From assembly GCA_965238005.1 (NCBI GenBank), contig OZ250165.1, positions 1,472,001 to 1,536,000 of the forward strand: DNA of 64,000 nt. Direction: 5' to 3'. The translations under genes and the position numbers were made by a program. Source of the stretch: Longimicrobiales bacterium. GTDB lineage: Bacteria > Gemmatimonadota > Gemmatimonadetes > Longimicrobiales > Gaopeijiaceae. Shown here piece by piece: positions 48,849 to 57,183 of the stretch; the first letter of the stretch is position 1, and every line of letters starts with the position of its first letter. The notes beneath the pieces were generated by a model. The model was not told where the DNA came from, did no database searches, and saw only the letters and a program-made list of their open reading frames with translations.

Positions 48849-50299
48849 ACCAACACCGCTTTGACGCCCGCTGCCGGTGGCTCTTGAAGCACCTTCCGCC
48901 ACCCGAGCGCGACGGCCAGGATCGCGGCCGCTGCCGCATCGTCCCGAGCGCGAGCCCGTCGCCCCTGACCGGCCTTCGCCAATTTTTCATTCCCGGCTGG
49001 ATCGGCAATCGTGCGAGCGGAGGCAACGGCGGCAGACAGCAAGAGCGAGCGGGCAGGGGTTACCAGCATCCGGTGAAAGGCAGCCCTGAATCCTCGAACG
49101 TCTTCACCGCCGTCCCGGTAGCCCATTCCCCTCGACACCAACGCCACGAGAGGGAAACGGAGCGCCGCCAGCGCTTGCCTCAATTCGGCCTCACGCCAGC
49201 GGTCTGTGACTATAGCCGCGGGCGCGCCCCACCGCTCCCACACTTCGCCCAGGAGCGTCCGAACGTCGCTCACCTTGCCAGGGGATAGGACAAGCTCACC
49301 ACGCGCCTCCATCTTCTGATAGAGCGCTCCCACGCCGTCACGGAGCCCTCTTTCTTTCGGTCCCGGGTCGTCACCGAAACATGCGACGGCATCGAGCCTT
49401 CCCGTCTCGCACCAAAAGCCAGAAGCGGCCGACATAGCCTCGGTTGAACCCAGGTCGATCCCGAGCACGTAGTCACCCACGGCCGCCGCGTCACCCTCGG
49501 CAGCCTTCCAGGCGCCCGGCTGTAGCAAGTGAGCCTCAACCGTGTCGGACGTGCCCAGGTTGAGCCTGAGCGCCCCGAACGAAGCCAGGGCCACCGGGTC
49601 CCGGCGCGCGATCTCGGCTTCCTCGCGCAACCGATCCTCAAGCCAGGGGAAGGCATCTAAGGAAGGGTTGGCCCGTCGCCATGTACGCCGCTGAAAAGGC
49701 GGGTCATCCGGCCTTGCCGCGAAGGTTGTGGAACCCGGCTCAGCGAGCATCCTAGAGAACCAATGGTCCTCAGAGTCGGGCCGTGTCCCGAGAGCGATCA
49801 GTCGAGAGCCCGGATGCTTGCCCAACCCGGTCCTCAGCGCAGCCAACGCCGCCTCACTGGTAGTGGGTGGCCACTGTGCGGGTTCGTCCGCCAGCACGAG
49901 AAGCGGCCTCAAACCGTGCATCCGGCGCGGGTCGGACCCGATGGCTTTCAAGCGGGCTCTTGTGGGCAAGTGCTCTATCTCGGCAATCGCGGTCGTGTCC
50001 CGCACCCGCCAGGTGTCCCGATCCTCCAGGCGCTCGCTCAGGTAGTGCTTCACGTCCCGAAACATGATGAGGCTCTGAGCGAACGAAGACGCGACCAAGA
50101 TCACCTCCGCACCCGGAGCGCGGAGCGGGCCGTCAATCACCGCCGCCGCTATCGCTCCGCACAGCGCGCTCTTGCCGTTGCCCCTCGCAACCGATAGGGC
50201 AAGATCGCCCTTGGTGCGGGCCAGGTCCGAAAGGAAACGGCGCTCCCAGGGGACGAGATCCAGGTGACGGCCGACATAGCCAACTAGGGATTCACTCAC
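48845..50299 (-). CDS. Terminase large subunit (HK97/Terminase_1-like)
   Basis: Walker A VARGNGKS, Walker B LVLADE, RNase H-like LGIDLG and C-terminal DDAAAA. Confidence 0.92.
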   Translation of the reverse strand: MSESLVGYVGRHLDLVPWERRFLSDLARTKGDLALSVARGNGKSALCGAIAAAVIDGPLRAPGAEVILVASSFAQSLIMFRDVKHYLSERLEDRDTWRVRDTTAIAEIEHLPTRARLKAIGSDPRRMHGLRPLLVLADEPAQWPPTTSEAALAALRTGLGKHPGSRLIALGTRPDSEDHWFSRMLAEPGSTTFAARPDDPPFQRRTWRRANPSLDAFPWLEDRLREEAEIARRDPVALASFGALRLNLGTSDTVEAHLLQPGAWKAAEGDAAAVGDYVLGIDLGSTEAMSAASGFWCETGRLDAVACFGDDPGPKERGLRDGVGALYQKMEARGELVLSPGKVSDVRTLLGEVWERWGAPAAIVTDRWREAELRQALAALRFPLVALVSRGMGYRDGGEDVRGFRAAFHRMLVTPARSLLLSAAVASARTIADPAGNEKLAKAGQGRRARARDDAAAAAILAVALGWRKVLQEPPAAGVKAVLV

Positions 50300-50409
50300 G
50301 AAGCGTGACCACAAAGCCGTACTTCGGGCTCTCTCTCAGGTTGGCCGGTGCCATAACGTGCCGGTCCGCCGAGTCGGACGTGTCTATCCTCGAGCCGAGT
50401 CATCGTCAT
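50296..50409 (-). CDS. 37-aa hypothetical peptide
   Basis: ATG directly follows the upstream stop; its TGA overlaps the TerL GTG. Confidence 0.4.
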   Translation of the reverse strand: MTMTRLEDRHVRLGGPARYGTGQPEREPEVRLCGHAS

Positions 50410-50625
50410 CTATGCGCGATCGGGATCTACTGGCCCCATCACCTTGTGCTCCACTCCATCTATCTTGACCGTCGCGCATTCGACCTCGGGCTCTGGCTCT
50501 GGCTGTCCATCTTCGGGCTCGCCTTCACCCGTCTCGATGCGCTCGCGTGCGCCCTCTACGAGCTTGGCTAACTGCCCCTGGATATCTTCCAGGTTCGCCA
50601 AGGTCACCTTCACCTCGATCTCCAT
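50410..50625 (-). CDS. Hypothetical acidic protein (71 aa)
   Basis: Abuts both neighbours with no gap in the coupled operon. Confidence 0.6.
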   Translation of the reverse strand: MEIEVKVTLANLEDIQGQLAKLVEGARERIETGEGEPEDGQPEPEPEVECATVKIDGVEHKVMGPVDPDRA

Positions 50626-50856
50626 TCAGTCCGCCCCCTTGCCCGCTAGGATCGCTCCAATGAACAGCGCTGCTACAGCGCCCATGGCCCCGGCGTCGCC
50701 GTGCGGCAGGGTAACGCACAACTGGCCGTCATCGGTTGGCGAGATCGTCACCCTTAGCTCGTCTTCCGGTTCGTCACCTTCGGTGCGGGAGTAGAGCCGC
50801 TGCGTCTCGCCCTCGGTTTCCGTGCTCCACCCCGGTAGTGGGAAGTCCTGCCTCAT
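50626..50856 (-). CDS. Hypothetical protein (76 aa) with hydrophobic C-terminus
   Basis: ATGA overlap with the upstream ORF. Confidence 0.6.
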   Translation of the reverse strand: MRQDFPLPGWSTETEGETQRLYSRTEGDEPEDELRVTISPTDDGQLCVTLPHGDAGAMGAVAALFIGAILAGKGAD

Positions 50857-51023
50857 GCGCTCGCCTCGATGGCGACCCGGTACGCTTCGACGAACTCCGG
50901 CACATCTTGCTTCACCAAAATGGCGAAGTCTTCCGGCTCGATCTCACCCGCTTCCATGAGCTTGAGAATCGAGGCGGCTTTCTCTCGGGTGTTGGTCCCT
51001 CGGATCGTGGTTTCTGCTTTCAT
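50853..51023 (-). CDS. Hypothetical protein (56 aa; MKAETTIRG...IEASA), not in the ORF track
   Basis: Translated by hand; ATGA overlaps at both ends (51020-51023, 50853-50856). Confidence 0.6.
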   Translation of the reverse strand: MKAETTIRGTNTREKAASILKLMEAGEIEPEDFAILVKQDVPEFVEAYRVAIEASA

Positions 51024-51679
51024 GTGTTCGGGCTCCGCGTGGGGTACCAGGAAGGTAGGACTGTCCCCGTAGGGGGTGGGGTCCCACCTACGGCGGTCCC
51101 ACCTTCTTGGGACCCACTAGCGGGGAGACTCCACAGATACATTCTCGGGTTGACTTTCGTCACTTCGATACGACCCTCGACTCTCAACTGTGACAGCGCC
51201 TTGGTCACGGTATCCTTGCGTCCACCAACCACCCTGCGCACCGCCGCCGTTGCCAGGGGACCGGCACCCGTCAACGCTTTGATGATGCGTTTCTGCATGG
51301 TGTCGGGTTCGGGCTTGGTTTCCTTCGATGCGGGCAGTTCCCGTGCAGCCCGTAGCCGGAAGTCTTCCGCAAACCGCGCTTGTTCACGGTTCCGATGCTC
51401 CAGGGTGGCCCGGTTCATCGCCTCGGCCGTGTAGGTTTGCCTGCCCCACGTTGCGGGCTCTGTGGCGAGTACGGGTGTGGGTATGATGGGGCAGCCCGGC
51501 GGGAGCCCGTCACCGATGGATGGGATGGGTTCCTCGACAGCCTCAGCCGCCGCCTCGGCCTTTGCGGCCATGCGGTCGCAGATGGCTTGGTATTCCTCAT
51601 TCGTGTGCTCTGTGTTGAGTCCCAACATCTTCCGCACCCGGACCACTTCGGGCGATGGCGCGTAAGGGTCAGGGGCCAC
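51020..51679 (-). CDS. Hypothetical protein with C-terminal winged-helix-like segment
   Basis: IIKAL...VRRVVGGRKDTVTKALSQLRVEGRI pattern; occupies the usual replication-gene position. Confidence 0.6.
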   Translation of the reverse strand: MAPDPYAPSPEVVRVRKMLGLNTEHTNEEYQAICDRMAAKAEAAAEAVEEPIPSIGDGLPPGCPIIPTPVLATEPATWGRQTYTAEAMNRATLEHRNREQARFAEDFRLRAARELPASKETKPEPDTMQKRIIKALTGAGPLATAAVRRVVGGRKDTVTKALSQLRVEGRIEVTKVNPRMYLWSLPASGSQEGGTAVGGTPPPTGTVLPSWYPTRSPNT

Positions 51680-51718
51680 GCGGGCTACTATCGCTTGCCG
51701 TTCGGTGGGGGCTTCGCT

Positions 51719-51913
51719 TTATGCGGCTGGGCTGTTGGAGGCGGGCCGGGATTCGAGCCAGTCGGACACGTCCTCGGCCTTCCAGCGGACTGCCCGCCTG
51801 CCGATGCGGATCGGGCGCGGAAACCGGCCCTCGCTCATCAGCCGGTAGATCGAAGCGCAGGATAGATCAACGGCCTTCTCGACGTCGGGGCGCCGCATCA
51901 GCTTCGGAAACAT
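51719..51913 (-). CDS. alpA: AlpA family regulator/excisionase
   Basis: LMRRPDV...SIYRLMSEGRFPRPIRIGRRAVRW; AAGGAG RBS. Confidence 0.92.
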   Translation of the reverse strand: MFPKLMRRPDVEKAVDLSCASIYRLMSEGRFPRPIRIGRRAVRWKAEDVSDWLESRPASNSPAA

Positions 51914-51999
51914 TGTTGGGTCTCCTTGCAAGTGCTTGTGACTTCGCATGGAGACACGATGACGACGGGAAGGCGGCCCCGTGAGTTGGTAGAATTCAA

Positions 52000-52530
52000 C
52001 TAATTGTTCCCACCACTCCAGGACACGTCGTCATCCCGGTTCCGCCTGAGCCAGATATCCCGGTAGACATCGTTGTGATGAATGGCCCCGCCCACGAGGC
52101 GACAGGCCTCCATCACACCGAGGCCGAGCCCTTGAAGCTCGAAGATCGTGTGTACGACTAGCAGATTGCGCAATGCTTTCGCCGGCCGTCCGGGTTTCCC
52201 CGGTGGGGGCTCTGACCTTGTTCCGTCTGCGACGTCCCGCACCCATTCCTGGAACCCGGGATCGTCCACGGCGGCCTGAGCCCATTCGCGGTCTTGTGCG
52301 GGGAGATTGGTCGGGTCTCGGGAGACCTGTAGCAGGCACTGCAACGCCTGCCAGCAGGGGCGATCATCCTTACTCCGGTCGATGAGATCCTGAAGGTCGT
52401 TTCCGATTTCGGCCCCTTCGTTGACATCATGCGTGACGGCGAGGATTCTTTTGAGCCTCTTGACCTCGGGACCGTTCTCGTCGAGCGCCTCTTTCAGCCC
52501 CAGCAGGACTTCCGCGACCCGCTTATTCAT
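52000..52530 (-). CDS. Hypothetical protein (176 aa), possibly DNA-binding
   Basis: ATGA overlap with the integrase; GKPGRP followed by a helical C-terminus. Confidence 0.65.
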   Translation of the reverse strand: MNKRVAEVLLGLKEALDENGPEVKRLKRILAVTHDVNEGAEIGNDLQDLIDRSKDDRPCWQALQCLLQVSRDPTNLPAQDREWAQAAVDDPGFQEWVRDVADGTRSEPPPGKPGRPAKALRNLLVVHTIFELQGLGLGVMEACRLVGGAIHHNDVYRDIWLRRNRDDDVSWSGGNN

Positions 52531-53660
52531 CGTTTGCCTCCGATGTACCGCGCCCAATCGGCCATGACTTCGCGGCGGCGCTCGTACAGCGTCCCGCGAT
52601 CGTAGGCCGCCTGCACCTTGTCCCGGACCGCGTGAGCAAGCGCCCGTTCCGCGAGCTCGGGGGCAACGGCGGTGTCGCCGCACCATGTCCTGAACGATGT
52701 TCTGAACCCGTGCGGAACCGCTTGGACGCCGTTCTCCCGGAGTAGCTTCGTCAGGGTCATGGCCGACAGCGGCCGCCCGGTCGGGGAAGGGAAGATCAGC
52801 CCTGAGCCGTCCGCGATCTCCCGCGCCTCGTCGAGAACTTGGAGCGCGGCCGGGGCGAGGGGAACACGGTGGGGACGGCCCGACTTGGTGCGACGGCTGG
52901 GGATCGTCCACGTGTCTCCGTCGATCTCCGTCCATTCGGCCAGCCTTGTCTCCCCGGATCGCGTCGCGGTGAGCGTCAGGAACCGGAAGGCCAGCTTCGT
53001 CTCGATCCATGCGTCCGAAGCCTCCACCCTTGCCAGCGCGGCCCGGACCTCTTGGTGGGGGACCGCGCGGAAGTGCTTCACCTTGCCCCCGTTCTTCGGC
53101 AGTGCCGCCCCGATGGCGTCACCGGCCGGGTTGTCCTCGCGGTAGCCTTGGGCTATTGCCCACTTCATGACTGCGCCGATGCGCTGGCGCACCCGCCGGG
53201 CAGTCTCCCTCTTGGTGCTCCAGATCGGGAGCAGAACGGCCATCACGTCGGCGGTGTTGACCTGGTCCACCCTCTTCCTCCCGATACGAGGGAAGGCGTA
53301 GGTCTTTAGGCTGGCGCGCCACTGGGCTTCGCTCTTGCTTCCCGGCCGCCACGCCTCAAGGTGAATCTCCAGAACCTTCTCCAGTGCGCCCTCGAAGCTG
53401 GGGGCCGTGGTCTTGAGTGCGCGCGGATCGCCACCGGCTCGGGCGAGTTTCTTGTACTCGAACGCCGCCTGGCGCGCTTCGGCGAGCGCAGTGTAGGGGT
53501 AGCCGCCGAGGCCCAGGTCTACCCGGCGGCCCCGAACGGTGCCGCGCCAGATCCATTGCTTGCTTCCGGTGGGCTTCACCCGTAGGATCAACCCGTGCTC
53601 ATCGTAGTAGAGTCCGGGCTTCGCGTGCTTCACGCTGGCCGCCGTGAGTCGCTTTGGCAT
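52527..53660 (-). CDS. Tyrosine integrase, P4-like with N-terminal arm-binding domain
   Basis: GLILRV...W...LGLGGYP..LAEAR arm domain; catalytic TRSGE, TKSG, HGFR, LAH, AAY. Confidence 0.95.
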   Translation of the reverse strand: MPKRLTAASVKHAKPGLYYDEHGLILRVKPTGSKQWIWRGTVRGRRVDLGLGGYPYTALAEARQAAFEYKKLARAGGDPRALKTTAPSFEGALEKVLEIHLEAWRPGSKSEAQWRASLKTYAFPRIGRKRVDQVNTADVMAVLLPIWSTKRETARRVRQRIGAVMKWAIAQGYREDNPAGDAIGAALPKNGGKVKHFRAVPHQEVRAALARVEASDAWIETKLAFRFLTLTATRSGETRLAEWTEIDGDTWTIPSRRTKSGRPHRVPLAPAALQVLDEAREIADGSGLIFPSPTGRPLSAMTLTKLLRENGVQAVPHGFRTSFRTWCGDTAVAPELAERALAHAVRDKVQAAYDRGTLYERRREVMADWARYIGGKR

Positions 53661-53677
53661 CGTTCGATTCCCCCGCT

Positions 53678-53701
53678 GTGTCCTACGCCGTGTCCCACAC
53701 T
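53678..53701 (+). promoter_or_regulatory. Putative integrase arm-type binding sites (right)
   Basis: GTGTCCTACGCCGTGTCCCACACT, 21/24 identical to 43652-43675. Confidence 0.7.
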
Positions 53702-53829
53702 GTATTCGAGAATACACGCAAAGGCGTAAGAACACAAGAGTACGAAGGGGAACGTAACCCGAAGGTACTACAGGGATTTAGAGACTTCGCGGGAACCTAC
53801 GGGAACACCTGAAAACCATAAGAGAGGGA

Positions 53830-53843
53830 CGCCCCCTCCGCTA
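53830..53843 (+). repeat. attR core
   Basis: CGCCCCCTCCGCTA, duplicate of the tRNA-Ser 3' end, 170 bp upstream of the integrase start. Confidence 0.9.
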
Positions 53844-53865
53844 TTGTGGGACAACGACTTACGGC

Positions 53866-53904
53866 AAAAGGCCCGCCCGCCGAAAACCGGCAGGTGGGCC
53901 TTTT
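53866..53904. terminator. Bidirectional intrinsic terminator-like hairpin
   Basis: AAAAGGCCCGCCCGCCG-AAAAC-CGGCAGGTGGGCCTTTT. Confidence 0.65.
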
Positions 53905-53924
53905 GGCAACGGTTTTGGCAACGG
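53901..53924 (+). repeat. Tandem 12-bp repeat TTTTGGCAACGG x2 (probable arm sites of an older element)
   Basis: Exact duplication lying between attR and an integrase C-terminal remnant. Confidence 0.6.
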
Positions 53925-53958
53925 CTACCGCGGAATGGGACGTTGGCCCGCAACTGCC

Positions 53959-54090
53959 TCAAGGGTGTCCAGGGCCCCGCTCCGGCTCATCCACGAGCGA
54001 TCGAAGGTGCTCGCGGGAGAGGTGTGTATAGCCCATCGTGGTGCGTAAGTCGGAGTGACCAAGACTCTCCTTCACGTGCACCGGATTCTT
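53959..54090 (-). pseudogene. Tyrosine recombinase C-terminal remnant
   Basis: NPVHVKESLGHSDLRTTMGYTHL (box II LGH...Y). Confidence 0.85.
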
Positions 54091-54093
54091 CTC

Positions 54094-54318
54094 TTCGGCC
54101 AACTTGTAGAGATCGGGTCGAGCCGCGGATTCGATTTCACCGCCGAGGAGATACTTAGCGTGCGCAGCACCGCGCTCGACGACGAAGAGCTGACCGACGA
54201 CGCCCTTGAGGCCGTGGCTGGCGGCGGCCAGGTCCAGGATCCGGAGGCGTCGAGGGTGACCAGGACCAAGAAGGAGAAAGTGCAAAAGCTGGACACGACG
54301 GAAATACTTCGGCCCTAG
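54094..54318 (+). pseudogene. Nif11-like leader RiPP precursor, 5'-truncated
   Basis: LVEIGSSRGFDFTAEE...EELTDDALEAVAGG followed by a 30-aa core. Confidence 0.7.
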
Positions 54319-54433
54319 CGACACCGCGATGGCGAAGCGGTAGCGCCTGAGAAAGTCCACGGCAGAGTCCTCGAGTGGAGTTGACCCGCTTTGGTGGACA
54401 CCTCAGTAGTGAGGGAGACAGGAGGAGTCCACG

Positions 54434-54748
54434 ATGCCAAGAACACATGCGCCGTACCCGCCGGAGTTTCGGCGGCAGATGGTCGAGTTGGTCAGGTCGG
54501 GCCGCTCCGTGGAGGAGCTGGCCCGGGAGTTCGAGCCCTCAAACGGGGCGATACGGAACTGGGTCAAACAAGCTGACTTGGATGAAGGCCGTCGCAGTGA
54601 CGGGCTGACGACGGAGGAGCGTGGGGAACTCAGGCAGCTTCGGCGTGACAACAAGCGTCTGCGCATGGAGCAGGAGATTCTAAAAAAAGCCGCCGCCTGG
54701 TTTGCTCGGGAGAGCAACTCGATCCCGGAACGGGGTTCGAGTTCATGA
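54434..54748 (+). CDS. IS3 transposase OrfA
   Basis: YPPEFR HTH, ELRQLRR...EILKKAAAWFA; A7G slippery site at 54682-54689. Confidence 0.92.
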   Translation: MPRTHAPYPPEFRRQMVELVRSGRSVEELAREFEPSNGAIRNWVKQADLDEGRRSDGLTTEERGELRQLRRDNKRLRMEQEILKKAAAWFARESNSIPERGSSS

Positions 54749-55596
54749 AGACGAATCAGGCCGACTTCCCTGTGCGGGCGATGTGCCGTGTGCTGGATCT
54801 CTCCCCCAGCGGCTACTACGCCTGGTTGGATCGCGAGCCTTCGGCTCGGGCGAAGCGAGATGAGGAGCTCACAGAGCGGATCGAGACGGTCTGGCGCGAG
54901 AACCGAAGGGTCTATGGCCGGCCCCGCATCTACGCGGACCTCAAGGAAGCTGGCGAGCGGGTCGGTGAGAAGCGGGTGGGCCGGCTCATGAAGCAGGCCG
55001 AGATTGTGGGAGCTAGCCGGAGGCGGCGCGGCCCGAAGACGACCAGGCGCAACGAGGACGCCCGTCCCGCGCCGGATCTCATCGAGCGGGACTTCAGCGC
55101 AGACGGGCCAGACCAGTTGTGGGTGGCCGACATCACCTACATCCCGACCTGGGCGGGGTTCTTGTACCTCGCGGTTGTGCTCGACGTCTGGAGCAGGCGG
55201 GTGGTCGGGTGGTCGATGGCTACGCACCTGCGCACCGAGCTCGTCCTGGACGCGCTGAACATGGCGACCTGGCAGCGCCGGCCCGAATGCGTCATCCATC
55301 ACAGTGATCAGGGAACCCAGTACACCTCGATCGCCTTCGGCCTACGCTGCAACGATGTCGGTGTGCGGCCCTCGATGGGCTCCGTGGGCGACGCCTACGA
55401 CAACGCGATGTGCGAGAGCTTCTTCGCGACGCTCGAGTGCGAGCTACTCGACCGGCAGCGCTTCCGGACCCAGGCCGAGGCGAAGATGGCCGTGTTCGAC
55501 TTCATCGAGGGCTTCTACAACCCCCGGAGGCGACACTCGGCACTGGGTCAGCTGTCGCCCATCAACTTCGAGCGTCGCCACGGAGCGGCAGCATGA
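54745..55596 (+). CDS. IS3 transposase OrfB (DDE)
   Basis: WVADITY, HHSDQGTQY, DNAMCESFF, YNPRRRHS. Confidence 0.95.
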   Translation: MKTNQADFPVRAMCRVLDLSPSGYYAWLDREPSARAKRDEELTERIETVWRENRRVYGRPRIYADLKEAGERVGEKRVGRLMKQAEIVGASRRRRGPKTTRRNEDARPAPDLIERDFSADGPDQLWVADITYIPTWAGFLYLAVVLDVWSRRVVGWSMATHLRTELVLDALNMATWQRRPECVIHHSDQGTQYTSIAFGLRCNDVGVRPSMGSVGDAYDNAMCESFFATLECELLDRQRFRTQAEAKMAVFDFIEGFYNPRRRHSALGQLSPINFERRHGAAA

Positions 55597-55720
55597 GAAA
55601 CCTGCGTGGCCAAGTTGCCCTTTACTCCCCCGCTGCGCGGGGGAAGCTTTCCTCTCCCCAGCGAGGGGGACAGACTATAAACCTCAGTGTTCACCCGTCC
55701 ACTGAAACGGGACAGCTCCA

Positions 55721-56955
55721 CTTCTGTCTTACGCCCGAGTGGGTGCTGTCGATCAGGTTGGTCGAGCCCAGGCACTTCCTCAGCCGCGGCGGGAGGCCGA
55801 GCCGGTTGATCGTGAACATCTCGCTGAGGCCTTCGCGTAGGCTGGCCGAGGCCGAGGGGTGGTCGCGCTCGAGCCATCGGGCGAGCTGCTCGAGCTTCTG
55901 CTCGCCCTGCTTCGCGTCCAGCTTCATCGCCGCCCGGAACGCCGCCTTCACCTGAGGATGCTGATCCTTCGGCAGATGACCCAGCACGTTGCGGAGCTTG
56001 TGGTTGCGGCAGCGCTGGATGGGGTGACGTTGGCCGAACACCTTCTCGATCGCCTTCCTGGGCGCTTTCGAGCCATCGATCACGAACAGCCGCCGCCTGC
56101 CCGGGTCCAGGCCGCGCTCGACCAGATCCTCTAGGAGCGCGCTGGTCACCTCGGCGTTCTCACTCGCTCCTTCCCTCACGCCCAGCACGTGCTTCTTTCC
56201 GTCTGAGTCCAAATCTAGGGACACTACCAGCAAGGGTGCGAGCCCATCTGGATCCCGTCCAGGTAGATCACCAGGAGGTCCCACGCATCCAGCCGGCGCT
56301 CCATCAGCTCCTTCAGCACGCGCTCCGAGGCCTCGACCGTCTCACGGCTCACCGCCGACTTGCTCACCCCGACCGTGTCGGCCATCTCACCGATCACACG
56401 GCCGTACTTCCGCGTGCTCACCCCCGCCATCAGGACCTCGAGCATCCGATCCGCCACGGCGCCCGGTCTCCGCATCGCTGCGTACGCCGGCACCTCGACC
56501 TCGCCACCCTCCCCGGCGCCCCGGCGCCTGAGCCGTGGCCGCTCCACACGCACCTTCCGGTCCGACAGGTAAACCACACCACCCTGCCGGCCATACCACA
56601 CCGTGTCGTCTTCCGCTCGTGACCGACCTGCCTGCTTCACGCCTGCCACACCCTCGGCGCTCATCTCCAGCACCGCTTCGATCGTCGCTCGTCCCATCAC
56701 CTGGATGACTTCGTCGATCGCGACCTCCGTCTGCTCCACGAGCTCAAGCATCGGAAGCAGAAACTGCCCCTCCCGCTTCAGGAACTCCCTGATCGCGCGC
56801 TTGTCCGCCCGATCCCTTACCTCGTACGTTCTCTTCATCGTGGTGGCTCCGTGTTGGGGTTTTTGCCTACCCGAGCCTATCGGCCCGGGACCCCCGGAGC
56901 CACCACTTTTCTTTCTCCCCTATCAGGAACCTTCAACTACGGTTGGGACAGCTTC
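55721..56955 (-). mobile_element. IS256-family element remnant (frameshifted, 3'-truncated by IS3)
   Basis: GVSTR, SKSAVSR, YLDG, KHVLG, FVIDG, QRCRNHK, STNLIDS split over two frames; ORF start 56838. Confidence 0.85.
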
Positions 56956-56956
56956 T

Positions 56957-57183
56957 GAACCAGGCACCAGGGTTGCCAGCCTTCACGCATACGCCGTTCC
57001 ACGCTTTGCGGAGGCTCTTGATGGGCTGGCCCTTCCGGTGGAACACCGTCCGCACGATGGTGCCCAATGTTCGTTGCACCCGTTCGGTCCTCTCTCGCTG
57101 CTCGCGGATGAGGGCGGCTAGTTCAGGGAGTGCGCGGAAGGGGATCTCGCGGCCTTCATTGTTCTTCGTGGTGCCGGGCTCCC
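56957..57183 (-). pseudogene. Internal fragment of a tyrosine integrase
   Basis: Hand translation EPGTTKNNEGREIPF...VFHRKGQPIKSLRKAWNGVCVKAGNPGAWF, cut by IS256 just before the expected HxxR. Confidence 0.75.

Larger units (their letters stand above)
43598..53843 (-). mobile_element. Integrated capsid-forming, tail-less phage satellite (cf-PICI-like), 10,246 bp
   Basis: att direct repeats, tyrosine integrase, AlpA and HK97-like head/packaging genes all on the minus strand; no tail or lysis genes. Confidence 0.85.
54376..55720 (+). mobile_element. IS3-family insertion sequence (1345 bp)
   Basis: IRs TGGAGTTGACCCGCTTTGGTGGAC / GTCCACTGAAACGGGACAGCTCCA; orfA plus orfB. Confidence 0.93.

Noticed and set aside
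43598..53843. Complete prophage or gene transfer agent
   Set aside because: Only 10 kb between the atts with no tail, lysis or repressor module; integrase, AlpA and att sites argue against a GTA
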